A DNA stretch of 64,000 bases, taken from contig CAWAGQ010000011.1 of NCBI GenBank assembly GCA_963781585.1, positions 288,001-352,000 of the forward strand, in the 5' to 3' direction. The stretch's first letter is position 1; every line of letters starts with the position of its first letter. The translations under genes were made by a program, and so were the position numbers. Shown here in pieces: positions 10,056 through 21,300 of the stretch. The notes beneath the pieces are model-generated. The model worked only from the letters and a program-made list of their open reading frames with translations, ran no database searches and was not told where the DNA came from. This DNA is from an uncultured Gemmatimonadaceae bacterium. GTDB lineage: Bacteria > Gemmatimonadota > Gemmatimonadetes > Gemmatimonadales > Gemmatimonadaceae.

Positions 10056-10109
10056 GTTTGTCAGCGGTGAGCGACGACTTGCGATGGAGATGGCGTTGAG
10101 GGCGCGCGG

Positions 10110-10775
10110 CTATTCGACGCGATCGATCACCGGCTGTGGCCGTTCGCCCAGGAACTCGATCCACGCCTTCTTCGCGCACGGATAGTGCTTGGCCGCCTCC
10201 ACGAGATCCATGAACGCCACGATCGTCTGCTCGAACCGCGCCCTGAGCGGGGCGTGCGCGATTCCGCTCTCGGCGCCGAACGCCTGGTGCGCCTGGGCCA
10301 GCGAAAACATGTCGGGGAAGACACGCGCGCCGAGATGCTCGAGCGGGATCCGCAACGCCCACAGCCCGCGGTTACCGCCCACCATGCTCGGGGATGCCGA
10401 CAACAGAAGCCCGTGCCGTTCGTTGAAGGGTTGGGGGCTGTGGCGAGACACCCAGTCGATCGCGTTCTTGAGCACCCCGGGCAGCGACGAATTGTATTCG
10501 GGTGACGCGATGACGAAGGCGTCGTTGGCTTCGAGGCGACGGCGGAACTCCTGCGCTCCGGGCGCCAGACCGTCTCGCGTCTGGACGTCCTGGTCGTACG
10601 ACGGACAGTCGAAGTCGCCCATCGCGGCCATATCCACCGTACCCCCGTGCGCCTCGATCACCCGTCCCGCCAGACGCGCCAGGAGGGAATTGTACGAGTC
10701 GGCGCGAAGAGACCCGGAGAACACGAGAAACCGGACGTCGCGCCCGACAACGGGCATCTCGGATGAAGAAATCAT
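10110..10775 (-). CDS. NADPH-dependent FMN reductase (ChrR/SsuE family)
   Basis: 'SGSLR..SYN', 'SPEYN.S.PGVLKNAIDWVSR'. Confidence 0.9.
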   Translation of the reverse strand: MISSSEMPVVGRDVRFLVFSGSLRADSYNSLLARLAGRVIEAHGGTVDMAAMGDFDCPSYDQDVQTRDGLAPGAQEFRRRLEANDAFVIASPEYNSSLPGVLKNAIDWVSRHSPQPFNERHGLLLSASPSMVGGNRGLWALRIPLEHLGARVFPDMFSLAQAHQAFGAESGIAHAPLRARFEQTIVAFMDLVEAAKHYPCAKKAWIEFLGERPQPVIDRVE

Positions 10776-10962
10776 GACGTTCCCTCCGGATTGGCTGGTT
10801 CGCGTCGTCCCCGCATCCGGACAACGTAATTGCGTTTCGTGCCGGGCGACGATTCCCGCAAGGCTTCCAGCATCCTATATAGAAGGCGGCTCCAGGTCGC
10901 CATTCACGTCGACGCTCAGGTCATCCGCGTCCGACTCGACCCACACCGAGGTACGGCGCCTC

Positions 10963-13245
10963 ATGCGTGTGTTTCGCCTTTTCGTGCTCGCACTCTGCGC
11001 CATCGGTCTGCCGGGAGCCCCGGCTGCCCACGCGCAGCAACGGCTCGATCCGTCACTGATTACGGTGGAGCGGATCTACAACTCCCCGGACTTCTTCCCC
11101 GAATCCTTCGGCCCCACACGCTGGCTGGATGACAGCAGCTATACGGCCGTCGAGCCGGCCGCCAACGGGAACGGTTCGAATCTAGTCCGCTTCGACGCGG
11201 CCACGGGTCGGGCCACGGTTCTGGTGACGGCGGCCCGGCTGGTTCCGGCCGGCGCCCGTGAGCCGCTCGACCTCGACGACTACTTCTGGTCCGCCGATCA
11301 TTCCCGCCTCCTCATCTTCACCAATTCCCAGCGCGTATGGCGCGCCAACACCCGTGGTGACTTCTGGGTGCTGGATCTCTCCTCCGGGCGCCTGAAGAAA
11401 CTGGGCGGCCCCGACGCGAAGCCGTCCACGCTGCAATTCGCGAAATTCTCGCCCGACGGCAAGCGCGTGGCCTACCTGCGCGAGCACAATCTCTACGTGG
11501 AGTCGGTCGATGACGGCGCGATCGTTCCGCTCACCACCGACGGATCGACGACGATCATCAACGGGACGTTCGACTGGGTCTACGAGGAAGAACTCAGCCA
11601 GCGCGATGGGTTCCGGTGGAGCCCGGATGGGACGCAGATCGCCTACTGGCAGCTCGACGCGAGCGGCGTGCGCGACTTCCTGCTGATCGACAACACCGAT
11701 TCCCTCTACTCGTTCGTGAAGCCCGTGCAGTATCCCAAGGCGGGAACGACCAACTCGGCGGCGCGGATCGGCGTGGTGCGCGCCGGCGGCGGGCCGACCC
11801 GGTGGCTCGACATCCCCGGCGATCCGCGGCAGAACTATCTGGCGCGAATGGAATGGGCCGGCGGGTCGGACGAAGTCGCGATCGAACAGCTCAACCGGCG
11901 GCAGACGGTCAACACGCTCTGGTTCGCCGATGCGAAGACCGGACACGCCCGCAGCGTGCTGGTGGACCAGGACAGCGCGTGGATCGACATCTACGACGAC
12001 TATGTGGACTGGGGCCCCGGGCCCGCGCTGCACTGGTTCGACGACGGCAAGGCGTTCATGTGGCTCAGCGAGCGCGACGGATGGCGCCACGCCTACCTGG
12101 TGAATCGCGACGGCACGATGCATCTGGTCACCAAAGGTCCGTACGACGTGATGAAAGTGGCGCACGTGGACAGGCAGGGCGGGTGGCTCTACTACTACGC
12201 GTCGCCTGACGACGCGACCCGCATGTTTCTCTGGCGCATCCGTCTCGACGGCTCCGGCGCGCCCCAGCGCCTAACGCCTGACTCGGCGCGGGGGAATCAC
12301 GAGTATGACATCTCCCCGGGTGGGAGCTGGGCGATCCACTCCTGGTCGTCATGGGGCACGCCCGGGATTACCGACCTGGTCAAGCTGCCCGACCATACCG
12401 TCACGCGCACCCTCGTGTCGAATGCCGCGCTCGTCACCCGGCTCTCCGCGCTGAAACAGGGGCCAGTGGAGTTCTTCAAGGTCGACATCGGCGACGGTAT
12501 CGCGCTCGATGGCTGGATGATGAAGCCGCCGGATTTCGACCCCGCGAAGAAGTACCCGGTCCTGTTCTACGTGTACGGGGAACCGGCCGATCAGACTGTG
12601 CGCGACGAGTACGACGGCCCCACATGGCTCTGGCACCTGATGCTGACGCAGCAGGGGTACATCGTGGCCAGCGTGGACAACCGGGGTACCCCGGCCCCCA
12701 AGGGACGCGCCTGGCGCAAGGCGCCGCACAACCAGATGGGCGCGCTGCGGGTGCGGGAACAATCGGCGGCTGCGCGCATCATCGGCCGCCGCCCGTACGT
12801 CGACTCCACACGCTTCGGCGTGTGGGGGTGGAGCGGAGGCGGCTCGTCGACCCTGCTCCTCATGTTCCGCGCGCCTGATGTGTACAAGGTGGGCATGGCC
12901 GTGGCGCCGGTGGCCGATGTCCACAACTACGACACGATCTACCAGGAACGATACGTGGGTCTTCCGCAGACGGACTCCGCCGCCTATCGCGACGCCTCGG
13001 CCCTCTACTTTGCCGGCGGATTGCGCGGCGACCTGCTGGTGGTCCACGGGTCAGGGGACGACAACGTGCACTATCAGGGGACCGAACAACTCATCAACGC
13101 CCTGGTGGCGCGCAACAAGCCGTTCACCATGATGGAGTATCCAAACCGGACGCATGGTATCTTCGAAGGGCGCAATACGCGGACCCATCTCTTCAACCTC
13201 CTGACGAGATTCCTGCACGAGCATCTTCCCGCGGGGCCGCGCTGA
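10963..13245 (+). CDS. Dipeptidyl peptidase IV (S9B), secreted
   Basis: Signal peptide, 'NG.FDWVYEEE', 'YPKAG', nucleophile 'GWSGGG', 'DDNVH', 'YPNRTH'; start ATG 10963. Confidence 0.93.
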   Translation: MRVFRLFVLALCAIGLPGAPAAHAQQRLDPSLITVERIYNSPDFFPESFGPTRWLDDSSYTAVEPAANGNGSNLVRFDAATGRATVLVTAARLVPAGAREPLDLDDYFWSADHSRLLIFTNSQRVWRANTRGDFWVLDLSSGRLKKLGGPDAKPSTLQFAKFSPDGKRVAYLREHNLYVESVDDGAIVPLTTDGSTTIINGTFDWVYEEELSQRDGFRWSPDGTQIAYWQLDASGVRDFLLIDNTDSLYSFVKPVQYPKAGTTNSAARIGVVRAGGGPTRWLDIPGDPRQNYLARMEWAGGSDEVAIEQLNRRQTVNTLWFADAKTGHARSVLVDQDSAWIDIYDDYVDWGPGPALHWFDDGKAFMWLSERDGWRHAYLVNRDGTMHLVTKGPYDVMKVAHVDRQGGWLYYYASPDDATRMFLWRIRLDGSGAPQRLTPDSARGNHEYDISPGGSWAIHSWSSWGTPGITDLVKLPDHTVTRTLVSNAALVTRLSALKQGPVEFFKVDIGDGIALDGWMMKPPDFDPAKKYPVLFYVYGEPADQTVRDEYDGPTWLWHLMLTQQGYIVASVDNRGTPAPKGRAWRKAPHNQMGALRVREQSAAARIIGRRPYVDSTRFGVWGWSGGGSSTLLLMFRAPDVYKVGMAVAPVADVHNYDTIYQERYVGLPQTDSAAYRDASALYFAGGLRGDLLVVHGSGDDNVHYQGTEQLINALVARNKPFTMMEYPNRTHGIFEGRNTRTHLFNLLTRFLHEHLPAGPR

Positions 13246-13366
13246 GTTCGCGCGCCGCCCCGGACGCCGCGCAGCAGGCGTCGGATCCATCAAGCGCGGT
13301 TAATCTCCGCGTAAGGCGGCGGGCCGATGTTATCAGGTTCCGCACCGGTGCCTGCCGCGCCACCCC

Positions 13367-13984
13367 GTGAATCCCCACGTCGAATCGACGCTCTACTACA
13401 CGATGAGCACGGTGGCCCAGACGCTGGCCGGGGCGATCGGGCTGCTCGGCGCCATCGTGCTGTTTGCCTTGCAGGCGACCGGCCGAAGCGTCGAGCGCGC
13501 GGCAAAGCGGCTGGCCGAAGTGCCGAACGAAGCCGCCAGCGCGCTGTACATCCGTCACCTGTACTCACGCCGCAGCTATCGCGCCCTCGCGCGGACCTAC
13601 GATCCGCTGCTCAAGCCGAGCTTCGAGATGAACTCCAACATGCTGGTGTACCACGCGACCCTGGTCTGGGAGCTCCAGCACGAAGAGGCGATACGGCGAT
13701 CGTTCTGGAAGGCCCTGCTGGCAAGCGCGGTGGCGATCGGGTTCGCAATCAGCTGTCTGGCCGTGTCACCGGAACTGGCAGCGAACAGCGGTGTCTGGGG
13801 GCGGCTCGCCCTTGCCATCGCGGTGATCGGTGCGATCGGTTGCCTGATCCTGTACGGTGTGCTCCTGCGGGTGGTGCTGCGCAGCGCGCCGGAGGAGGAT
13901 GCGACCGGGCTGTCGCCGGCGCCCGAGCGCGAGCGGCGCGTCAGCCTGCGCGAGCGATTGGGAGGCCGAGCGGCGCGCCGCTGA
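13367..13984 (+). CDS. Hypothetical membrane protein (about 3 TM)
   Basis: GC3-biased ORF with hydrophobic segments; no family recognised. Confidence 0.6.
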   Translation: MNPHVESTLYYTMSTVAQTLAGAIGLLGAIVLFALQATGRSVERAAKRLAEVPNEAASALYIRHLYSRRSYRALARTYDPLLKPSFEMNSNMLVYHATLVWELQHEEAIRRSFWKALLASAVAIGFAISCLAVSPELAANSGVWGRLALAIAVIGAIGCLILYGVLLRVVLRSAPEEDATGLSPAPERERRVSLRERLGGRAARR

Positions 13985-14110
13985 GCGCCGGTCCGGGGTG
14001 CGCGATGTGTGCGTGCCGCCCAGGTCTCTGCACAAGGGAAGACGGCGCGACCCCCTGAGGTCGCGCGGTCGTGTAACACCGTCGTGACTGCGCCCAGCCG
14101 TGCTGCCTGA

Positions 14111-15109
14111 CTAGCGTGGTTGATCGGACGGTGGGCGCCGTCGAGGCGGAGGGGGCGGGGGAACTGAGTCGCCGGGTACCCTGGGCCGAGCCGCCGAATC
14201 GGGCGGTTGTGGACGGACCATCCGACGATTCATCCGCGGCATCGGACCAACGCCTGCGCCCGGAGGGCCCATGCGTCCATCAGGTCCCGGTGCCTGGCCG
14301 CGAAACGGGCGCATGCCCCCGCCCGGTGCCTGGCCGCGAAACGGCCGCATGCCCCCGCCCGGCGCCATTCCACCGTTCTGTCCCGGGCCCATCCCCGGCA
14401 TCATGCCCGGCGCCATTCCACCGTTCTGTCCGGGCGTCATGCGCTGACGCATTCCGCGCCCCGGTCCGGGTCCCATCCAATTCATTGGAGGCCCCATCTC
14501 GAACGGGCGCCGCGGCATCATCCGGCCCCGTATTCCCGGCGCGCCCATTCGCCCGCCGCCTCCGAAACGGCCCTGGCGACCCCGCATCATTGCGCCCCGG
14601 CGCTGAGCCATGGGTCCGCCGCCCCCGCGTCGTCCCATCGCGCGGCCCATGGCGAACCCACGCTGGGCGGCCTGCATCTCGCTTACGCGTGCGCGCTGCG
14701 AGTCGGTCAGGACGCGGAACGCGGCGGCGCCGGCCGTGGAGTCGTTGCGCTGGATCTGTGCGCGAAGTGGAGCGAGAGAATCGAGGCGCGCCCGGAGCGC
14801 CGTGCGCTCGTCAGGCGTGAGGCCGCGGCGCTCACGATTTGGCACGAGGGAGTCGCGACGGCTCTGCAGTCGCTGAAGGACCGCGCCGTTCCGCTGCGCC
14901 AGGCTGCGCTCGATGGAGTCGAGCGCCGCCACCTGCCGGGGTGTGAGGTCGAGCTGACGCCGCATGTCGATGAGCGACGAGACTGGATTCGGCCCTGGAG
15001 GGGGTCCCATGCCGGGTCCGCGTCCACCCTGGGCCGTAGCGAAGGCCGGAAGCGCGATCATGGCAACGGCGAATGCTGCTCCGGCCAGCGGTTTACGGGC
15101 TGAGATCAT
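14111..15109 (-). CDS. Secreted Spy/CpxP-like protein with long G/M/P/R low-complexity tail
   Basis: Signal peptide (..FATAQ), 'LDLTPRQ' and 'VLTDSQR' LTxxQ motifs; start ATG 15109. Confidence 0.6.
   Translation of the reverse strand: MISARKPLAGAAFAVAMIALPAFATAQGGRGPGMGPPPGPNPVSSLIDMRRQLDLTPRQVAALDSIERSLAQRNGAVLQRLQSRRDSLVPNRERRGLTPDERTALRARLDSLAPLRAQIQRNDSTAGAAAFRVLTDSQRARVSEMQAAQRGFAMGRAMGRRGGGGPMAQRRGAMMRGRQGRFGGGGRMGAPGIRGRMMPRRPFEMGPPMNWMGPGPGRGMRQRMTPGQNGGMAPGMMPGMGPGQNGGMAPGGGMRPFRGQAPGGGMRPFRGQAPGPDGRMGPPGAGVGPMPRMNRRMVRPQPPDSAARPRVPGDSVPPPPPPRRRPPSDQPR
14286..14433. repeat. Coding repeats: 36-nt unit x2 (GGGMRPFRGQAP) and about 27-nt unit x2 at 48-nt spacing (GQNGGMAPG)
   Basis: Copies at 14286/14322 and 14357/14405. 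Confidence 0.85.
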
Positions 15110-15418
15110 CGTCTTGCATCCTGCGAAAGGGGAAACGGATGGTGCAGGAGGTAAGACGGTGAGGTGGGGGAGTTGGTTAAGGCCGTTGGAGCGGTCACAG
15201 CGATCGAGCCGCACCATCCTCTCTTCCAGCACGTGTGGGCCGGGGCGGCGTCAGTATCTCGCCGCCAGCGATCAGCGAACGAGCAGGGCTCGCGGCTGCC
15301 GGCAAGCGGCGGCCAGCACGCAGATCAAGCGGGAAGAACGCGCTCCGAAAGCTCGTTGCGGACAGCCGAGAAGCGCGAGCCCGGCGGGAATACCGTGAGC
15401 CGTCAGTTCGCTGCCCTC

Positions 15419-17851
15419 CTACGCCGCCGCCCCCGCCGCCGACCCCGGGTCCATGGCCTCGCGGATCTTGACGAGAAGACCATCGGACGTGAACGGCTTC
15501 TCGATGAATGATGCACCCGAGTCCAGCAGGGCTTCGCGCTGCGCGGTCTCCGCCGTGTATCCGGACATGAACAGCACCCGCGTCTTCGGCCATCGCTCCT
15601 TCACCCGCCGCGAGAATTCAAGGCCACCCATTTCCGGCATGACCAGATCGCTCAGGATGAGGTCGACCCCGCCTCCCAGGTGCTCGAGCATCTCGAATGC
15701 CTGACGACCATTCTCCGCGTCGTGCACGGTGCTGCCGTGCCTGGTGAGCACCCGGTGCACGACGTGTCGCACGGCGGAATCGTCCTCCACCAGCAGAATG
15801 ATCAGCGGCGGCAGGCTGGCGTCCGACGGGGCCGCCGCCGCGGGAACCACCGGCTCGACCACGTGCTGGCTGCGCGGGAAATAGATCTTGAACGTCGTCC
15901 CGCGACCACGTTCGCTGTAGAGGAAGATGTCGCCGCGCGACTGCTTGACGATCCCGTAGACGGTGGAGAGACCGAGGCCGGTGCCTTTGCCAACAGGTTT
16001 GGTGGTGAAGAACGGTTCGAACACGTGGGCCTGCGTGCCGGCATCCATGCCGATCCCGTTATCGGAGACGGCCAGCATCACGAACGGACCGGGCGTCACT
16101 TCGCTGTGCGTCGCCGCGAAGGCGCGATCCAGATCGACATTCGAACTCTCGATCACCAACCGTCCGCCATTCGGCATCGCGTCCCGCGCATTGACTGCCA
16201 GGTTGAGGATCACCTGCTCGAGCTGCCCGGGATCGACGTCGACCGGCCACAGGTCCGACGTCAGGCGCAGGTCGAGCTTCACGTCTTCGCCCAACAGCCG
16301 CTGCATGAGTCCTTCCAGGCTGGCGATGAGGCGATTGAGATCGAGCGCCCGGGGGTGCAGGAACTGCTGCCGACTGAACGCGAGCAACCGCCGCGTGAGC
16401 GCGGTGCCACGCTCGGTGGCCAGCAGGATCTGGCCGAGGTCATCGCGCGACGCGTGCTCGTCGCCCAATTCTTCCGAGGCGAACTGCGCGAACGCCGAGA
16501 TTGCGGTGAGAAGGTTGTTGAAGTCGTGGGCGATGGATCCCGCGAGACGGCCCACCGCCTCCATTTTCTGGGCGTGGAGCAGCTGGCGTTCGAGGTTCTT
16601 CCGTTCGGTGGCATCGACGAGGATCGCGCCCACACCCCGGACACTGCCGTCCTGGGAGCGCACCGGATACGCGCTCAGCGTCCAGTGACGCCGTTTCCCC
16701 GCTTCGGTGGCCGACTCGCCGTCGAATTCCACGCCCAGCACCGGCCGCTCAGTCTCGAGTGCCTCGACCAGTGCCGGCTCGATGACCGAAGCCAGCGTGG
16801 GGACGACATCGCGGAAGTGGCGACCGACATGCTCTTCGGGAGAGAGGCCACCGAGCCGCGCCAGAGCGCTGTTGGCACGCTCGAAGCGAAGTTCACGATC
16901 CAGCAAGGCCACCCCAAAAGGCGCCGCGCTCAGTACCAGCGCCAGCGTGTAATCCGTCTCGTCGCGTTCGCGGAGCGCGGAGGCGGTCTCCTCACGCGAA
17001 CGCGTCAGTGCCTCCACCGAGTCGCGCAGCTCGCGGTTCGTCGTTCTCAGATACTCGGCGAGCGAGCGACTGCGGGTGGCTTCGTGCTCGAAGGCCGTTG
17101 CCCGCGTTTCAAGTTCCAGCGACTGCTGCTCCAGGGTCTGCTGTTGTTCGCTGATGCGCCCCGCCAGAACGAGCGTCCGCCGGCGCGAGGCGACCAGCAC
17201 CACCGCCAGCACGAGCAGCTCACCGAACACCGCGATCAGGCCGATTATCGAAACCAGACGCTCGCGTCGCAGCCCGCTGCTGACCGCCGTTTCCTCGGCG
17301 ACGATAACGGCGCGGATGGCAACGCGGAATCGGTCGAAGAGCGTCTGCTCGCTCAACGGCGCCACCACCACAGGGCGTCCCGCCTGCACGCTGTCGAGGA
17401 TCGGGCGGGCATAACGCCGGTCCCACTCCACGTAGGCGTCGCGCGTGGAGGCCACGAGGCCTGACGCGACGGAGTCTCCCTGGCTGGCTGCCAGGAGGGA
17501 ATCGATGCGCGGTCCGATGCGCGGGCGGCCCGCCACTGCCGGCGCGATGGCGCTCAGGTCACGGGTGCGCAGATAGCTGCGGATGCCCGCCTCACCATCG
17601 CTCGCCAGCGCGCCCACGTCTCTCGCGGTACGCACCAGTTCCATGTGTCGCAGAATCCTGCCGTGGAGGCGCTCCATCGAGACGAGCGTAGCAAGGGTGG
17701 TCAGCGCAACGGCTGTGAGAGCGAGCACGCCGACCCAGATGGCGCGATCGAGCCGGGGAAGGAAAGCCGCGATCCCCGAGCCAGCCGAACCGGCCTGGCG
17801 AGCGGCAATCGCCGCGTCAGCAGCGGAATTCGCGGTGCGCACGGAATCCAC
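15419..17851 (-). CDS. Hybrid sensor histidine kinase (CHASE3-like, PAS, HisKA, HATPase, receiver; CckA-like)
   Basis: 'QKMEAVGRLAGSIAHDFNNLLT', 'NARDAMP', 'FEPFFTTK..GKGTGLGL', receiver 'LLVEDD..DLVMP.M.G..FMSGY..KPF'. Confidence 0.93.
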   Translation of the reverse strand: MDSVRTANSAADAAIAARQAGSAGSGIAAFLPRLDRAIWVGVLALTAVALTTLATLVSMERLHGRILRHMELVRTARDVGALASDGEAGIRSYLRTRDLSAIAPAVAGRPRIGPRIDSLLAASQGDSVASGLVASTRDAYVEWDRRYARPILDSVQAGRPVVVAPLSEQTLFDRFRVAIRAVIVAEETAVSSGLRRERLVSIIGLIAVFGELLVLAVVLVASRRRTLVLAGRISEQQQTLEQQSLELETRATAFEHEATRSRSLAEYLRTTNRELRDSVEALTRSREETASALRERDETDYTLALVLSAAPFGVALLDRELRFERANSALARLGGLSPEEHVGRHFRDVVPTLASVIEPALVEALETERPVLGVEFDGESATEAGKRRHWTLSAYPVRSQDGSVRGVGAILVDATERKNLERQLLHAQKMEAVGRLAGSIAHDFNNLLTAISAFAQFASEELGDEHASRDDLGQILLATERGTALTRRLLAFSRQQFLHPRALDLNRLIASLEGLMQRLLGEDVKLDLRLTSDLWPVDVDPGQLEQVILNLAVNARDAMPNGGRLVIESSNVDLDRAFAATHSEVTPGPFVMLAVSDNGIGMDAGTQAHVFEPFFTTKPVGKGTGLGLSTVYGIVKQSRGDIFLYSERGRGTTFKIYFPRSQHVVEPVVPAAAAPSDASLPPLIILLVEDDSAVRHVVHRVLTRHGSTVHDAENGRQAFEMLEHLGGGVDLILSDLVMPEMGGLEFSRRVKERWPKTRVLFMSGYTAETAQREALLDSGASFIEKPFTSDGLLVKIREAMDPGSAAGAAA

Positions 17852-18141
17852 GAGCCAATGGCTGGGTGTCGCTACCGACCGGAGACAACGGAACAGAACC
17901 TCGCAGTCGCGAGGCTTCGAAAGCGATGCCGTGCTGCTTCAGGTGCACGGCATGAACGGTCTGTTGGTCTCAATTACGGTAAGGACCTGGCGCGAAAAAG
18001 GGCTGAGGTGGAGGACTCGGGGTCAAGGACCGGTGCGGTCCAGGATTGGGAGCGTCCAACTATTCTCGCTCCCTGCATTTTTCGGTACCGACACGCTATG
18101 CGCAATAGTGATACATGAGGTAACATGGGCCGAATGCCAAT

Positions 18142-18288
18142 GGCCAAAGGTCATGGGCCAAAGGTCATGGGCCAAAGGTCATGGGCCAAAGGTCATGGGC
18201 CAAAGGTCATGGGCCAAAGGTCATGGGCCAAAGGTCATGGGCCAAAGGTCATGGGCCAAAGGTCATAGGCCAAAGGCCATAGGTCACG
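18142..18288. repeat. Heptamer family A array: (GGCCAAA GGTCATG) x8 perfect plus 2.5 degenerate
   Basis: Read directly; intergenic. Confidence 0.97.
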
Positions 18289-18358
18289 GGAGGCAGGGAG
18301 CTTCTGCGCAGGCGGTGGTCCGACGGAGGCGGCAAACGCCCGCGCTGTGGCGCATCCG

Positions 18359-21300
18359 CTACTTCTCCGCCCGCTGCAGCTTTGACATGCGGTCGCGCAC
18401 CTGTTTCACCAGCGGCTGCAGTTCCGGATCGGCGTTCTTCCAGAGCTCGACGAACTCAGCGTAGTGCGAGAGCGCCTTCTCGCGATCGCCCTTCGCTTCG
18501 TACAGCTCGCCGAGACGCTTGTGCGCACCCGCCAGGGTGTACGCGTCACCGAAAATCCGGGTGGGGTCCGAGGGCGAGTCGGTGTAGCGGCTGAACACCG
18601 CGAGGGCCGAGTCGGCGTTGCCGGCCAGATCGTAGGCACGGGCGAGATCGGGAAGGGCACAGACGGTGCATTCCCCCACGTCGGAAGCCCGGTACTCGCG
18701 AATGGCATCATCGAACCGGCGCTCCGCGAGCGCGATATCGCCGAGCATCTTGTGGCGCGTGTCGTCATCGCTGAGGTACGAGGATTCCTGTCGTCGGCGA
18801 TCGAATCCCGCCAGCATGGTCTTGGCCCGGTCGGGCTGGCCGGCGAGGGCGTACAGCAGGACAAGCCGATCGTAGGGGCGCTCGAGCGGGGGAATGGAAT
18901 CCAGCGGGTGCGCGGCCAGTCCGCGTTCGATGGTTCGGAGCGCGCGGGTGGTGTCGGCGCGGAACCAGGCATCGGTGGTGGCCGAGTCGAGGTAGACCTG
19001 GAGCGGCGCGTCGTGCAGGCCGAGGGTGACGCCGGCCGTGTTGGACGATTGAAAGGCGTGGAGACCGTCGGCCAACCGGCCGCGGGTGAAGTCGAGGGTT
19101 CCGATCCAGAATCCCGACCCGTTCTGGATGGTGGCATCGCTCGCGCGCGCTCGGCTTATGCTGTCGACCAGCGACGTGGCGCTGTCCCGCTCGCCCCGAT
19201 ATGCCAGCAGGTAGGCGCCGAGGAAGGCCGCCTGGGGATTGCGGGGGATGTTCCGCTGCGCGAGTTCGAGCGTCTGTTGCGCTTGCGCCAGCTTGTTCTG
19301 CGCGATCTGGCTCCAGGCGAGGTTGTTGTAGAACACCCCGGCGGTGGTCTGCACCTTGATGGCGCGCGCCGCGAGGTCCTCCGCCTTCGCGAATTCGCGG
19401 CGGTAGCGGTACTGGACCGCGAGGTTGTTGAGCGCGGTGACGTTCTCCGGATCGACGTCGAGGAGCGATTCGTACGCCGAGATGATTTTCGCCCGATCGG
19501 GGTGCGGTCCGAACTGATAGTACGCGGCGACGGTGAGGTATCGCTCGGCGTCGCTCAGCCGGTCCCGATGGTCGTAGGCCTTCTGGATCAGGTCGTTGAC
19601 GAGCGCGCGCGGCAGGAAGCGGTTGTTCATCTCGACCGCGAGCTTGCGGTAGGCCATGGCGAACCCGGAGTCGAGCGCAATCGCTTCCTGGAGGAGTGCC
19701 TCGCCCTTGGGCCAGTCGCCGTCCACTTCGAGCGCGCGGTTGGCGGCGACGTACTTCTGGAGCGCCTCCAGCGACGGGGTGGTGACTTTGTCGAGGGTCC
19801 TGGCCTGCTGCACCGAACGCAGCGACTCGCCGATCCTGGAGCGGAGGCTCTTGGTGAGGCGGCTGATGGCGGGGATGATGTCCTTTGCTTCGCTGGCGGT
19901 CTCGCGGAACGAGGCCAGCTCGTCGCCGGTCTGGGCGGCGACGAGGCGCGCCGACAGGACGTAGCTGCCGCCTAACGCGACGACCTCTCCGTCGATCACG
20001 GCCTTGATGCCCTCGCGGGCGGCGATCTGGCGGGCGACGTTGTAATCGACGCGGGTGGTGGGCGCCTGCTGCATGCGGCGCAGCGCCTCGCGCACGTCGG
20101 TGGCCGGCATGACCGAGAGGTTGGCTGATTGCGCGAGGTCGGTGCGGAACGCCTCGGTCACGGTGGGCCCGAGCAGGGAATCGTCAGGCGGGCCCTTGAA
20201 GTCGGTGAGGAGGACCTTCTCGCGGTCGGAGAACTTGCCGGCGGCCATCAGCGATCCGGCCGGGCCGATGCCGAGCGCCCGGAGGAGCATGTAGCCGGCG
20301 ATGAGGGCGATGAAGGCACCGCCGGCATAGACGCCGCCGATCGCGGTTCGGCGCCAGCTCACGTGCGGGGCGGCGCGGACGGCGATGGTGGCAAGCGTGC
20401 CCTGCGACGCCGGGGTGCCGCCGGGGGTGAGGGTAGGCGTCGTCGTGTAGGCGCGGCGGGTGGCGCGCTGCACGAACGCGGTGAGGAGAATGACCGGCAG
20501 GCCGAGCCCCATCACGATCAGCGCGCCCGGGAAGACCCAGTTCGGGAGTCCGATACCGACGATTGCCGCCCGGGTGAGCACGACCACGACCACGAACGCC
20601 GCGGCGTAGATGCCGAGCGCGCGTTTCAGCGTCCCGCGGCCGGCGAGCAGGACCTCGGGCAGGGACTGTTGCGTGCTGCCGCCGCTGGTCACGGTTTCCA
20701 GTACGCGAGCCAGATCGGATGCGCTCTGAGGACGGTGATCGGGCTCCTTTTCCAGGCACTGCATTACGAGTGCGGCCAGCGCCGGCGGCGAATCGGGGCG
20801 CAATTCGGTGATCGGTTGCGGCCGTTCCCCCATGTGCGCCGCCATCAGCTTGTGGGGGGTGAGCCCGTGGAACGGCGGGTGGCCAGCGAGCATCTCGTAG
20901 GCCATGCACCCGAAGGCATAGATGTCGGCCCGGTGGTTCGTGGAGGGATCGCCGGCCGCCTGTTCGGGCGCCATGTACGCCGGGGTGCCTAACGAGGTAC
21001 CCATGGCGGTCAGGGTCGGCGCGGCGGCCCCCTCCAGGCGCGACGCGCTGATGGCCTTGGCGATGCCGAAATCGGTGACCACGGCGCTGCCGCCGGTGAC
21101 CAGCACGTTGTCCGGTTTGATGTCCCGGTGCGCCACGCCGTGTTCGTGCGCGTAGGCGAGTGCGCGGGCCACCTCGCGCAGCACGCCGACCGCCTCGGTG
21201 ATGGAGAGCGGCCCGCGGGCGAGCCGGGCCCGCAGGCTCGACCCTTCGACGAACGGCATCGTATAGAACGGCAACCCGTCGATCTCGCCCGCCGAGAGCA

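Noticed and set aside
17583..18464. ORF with repetitive 'KVMGQRSWAKGHGP' peptide, and similar ORFs over 23240-23367 and 39988-40290
   Set aside because: Translations of non-coding heptamer arrays
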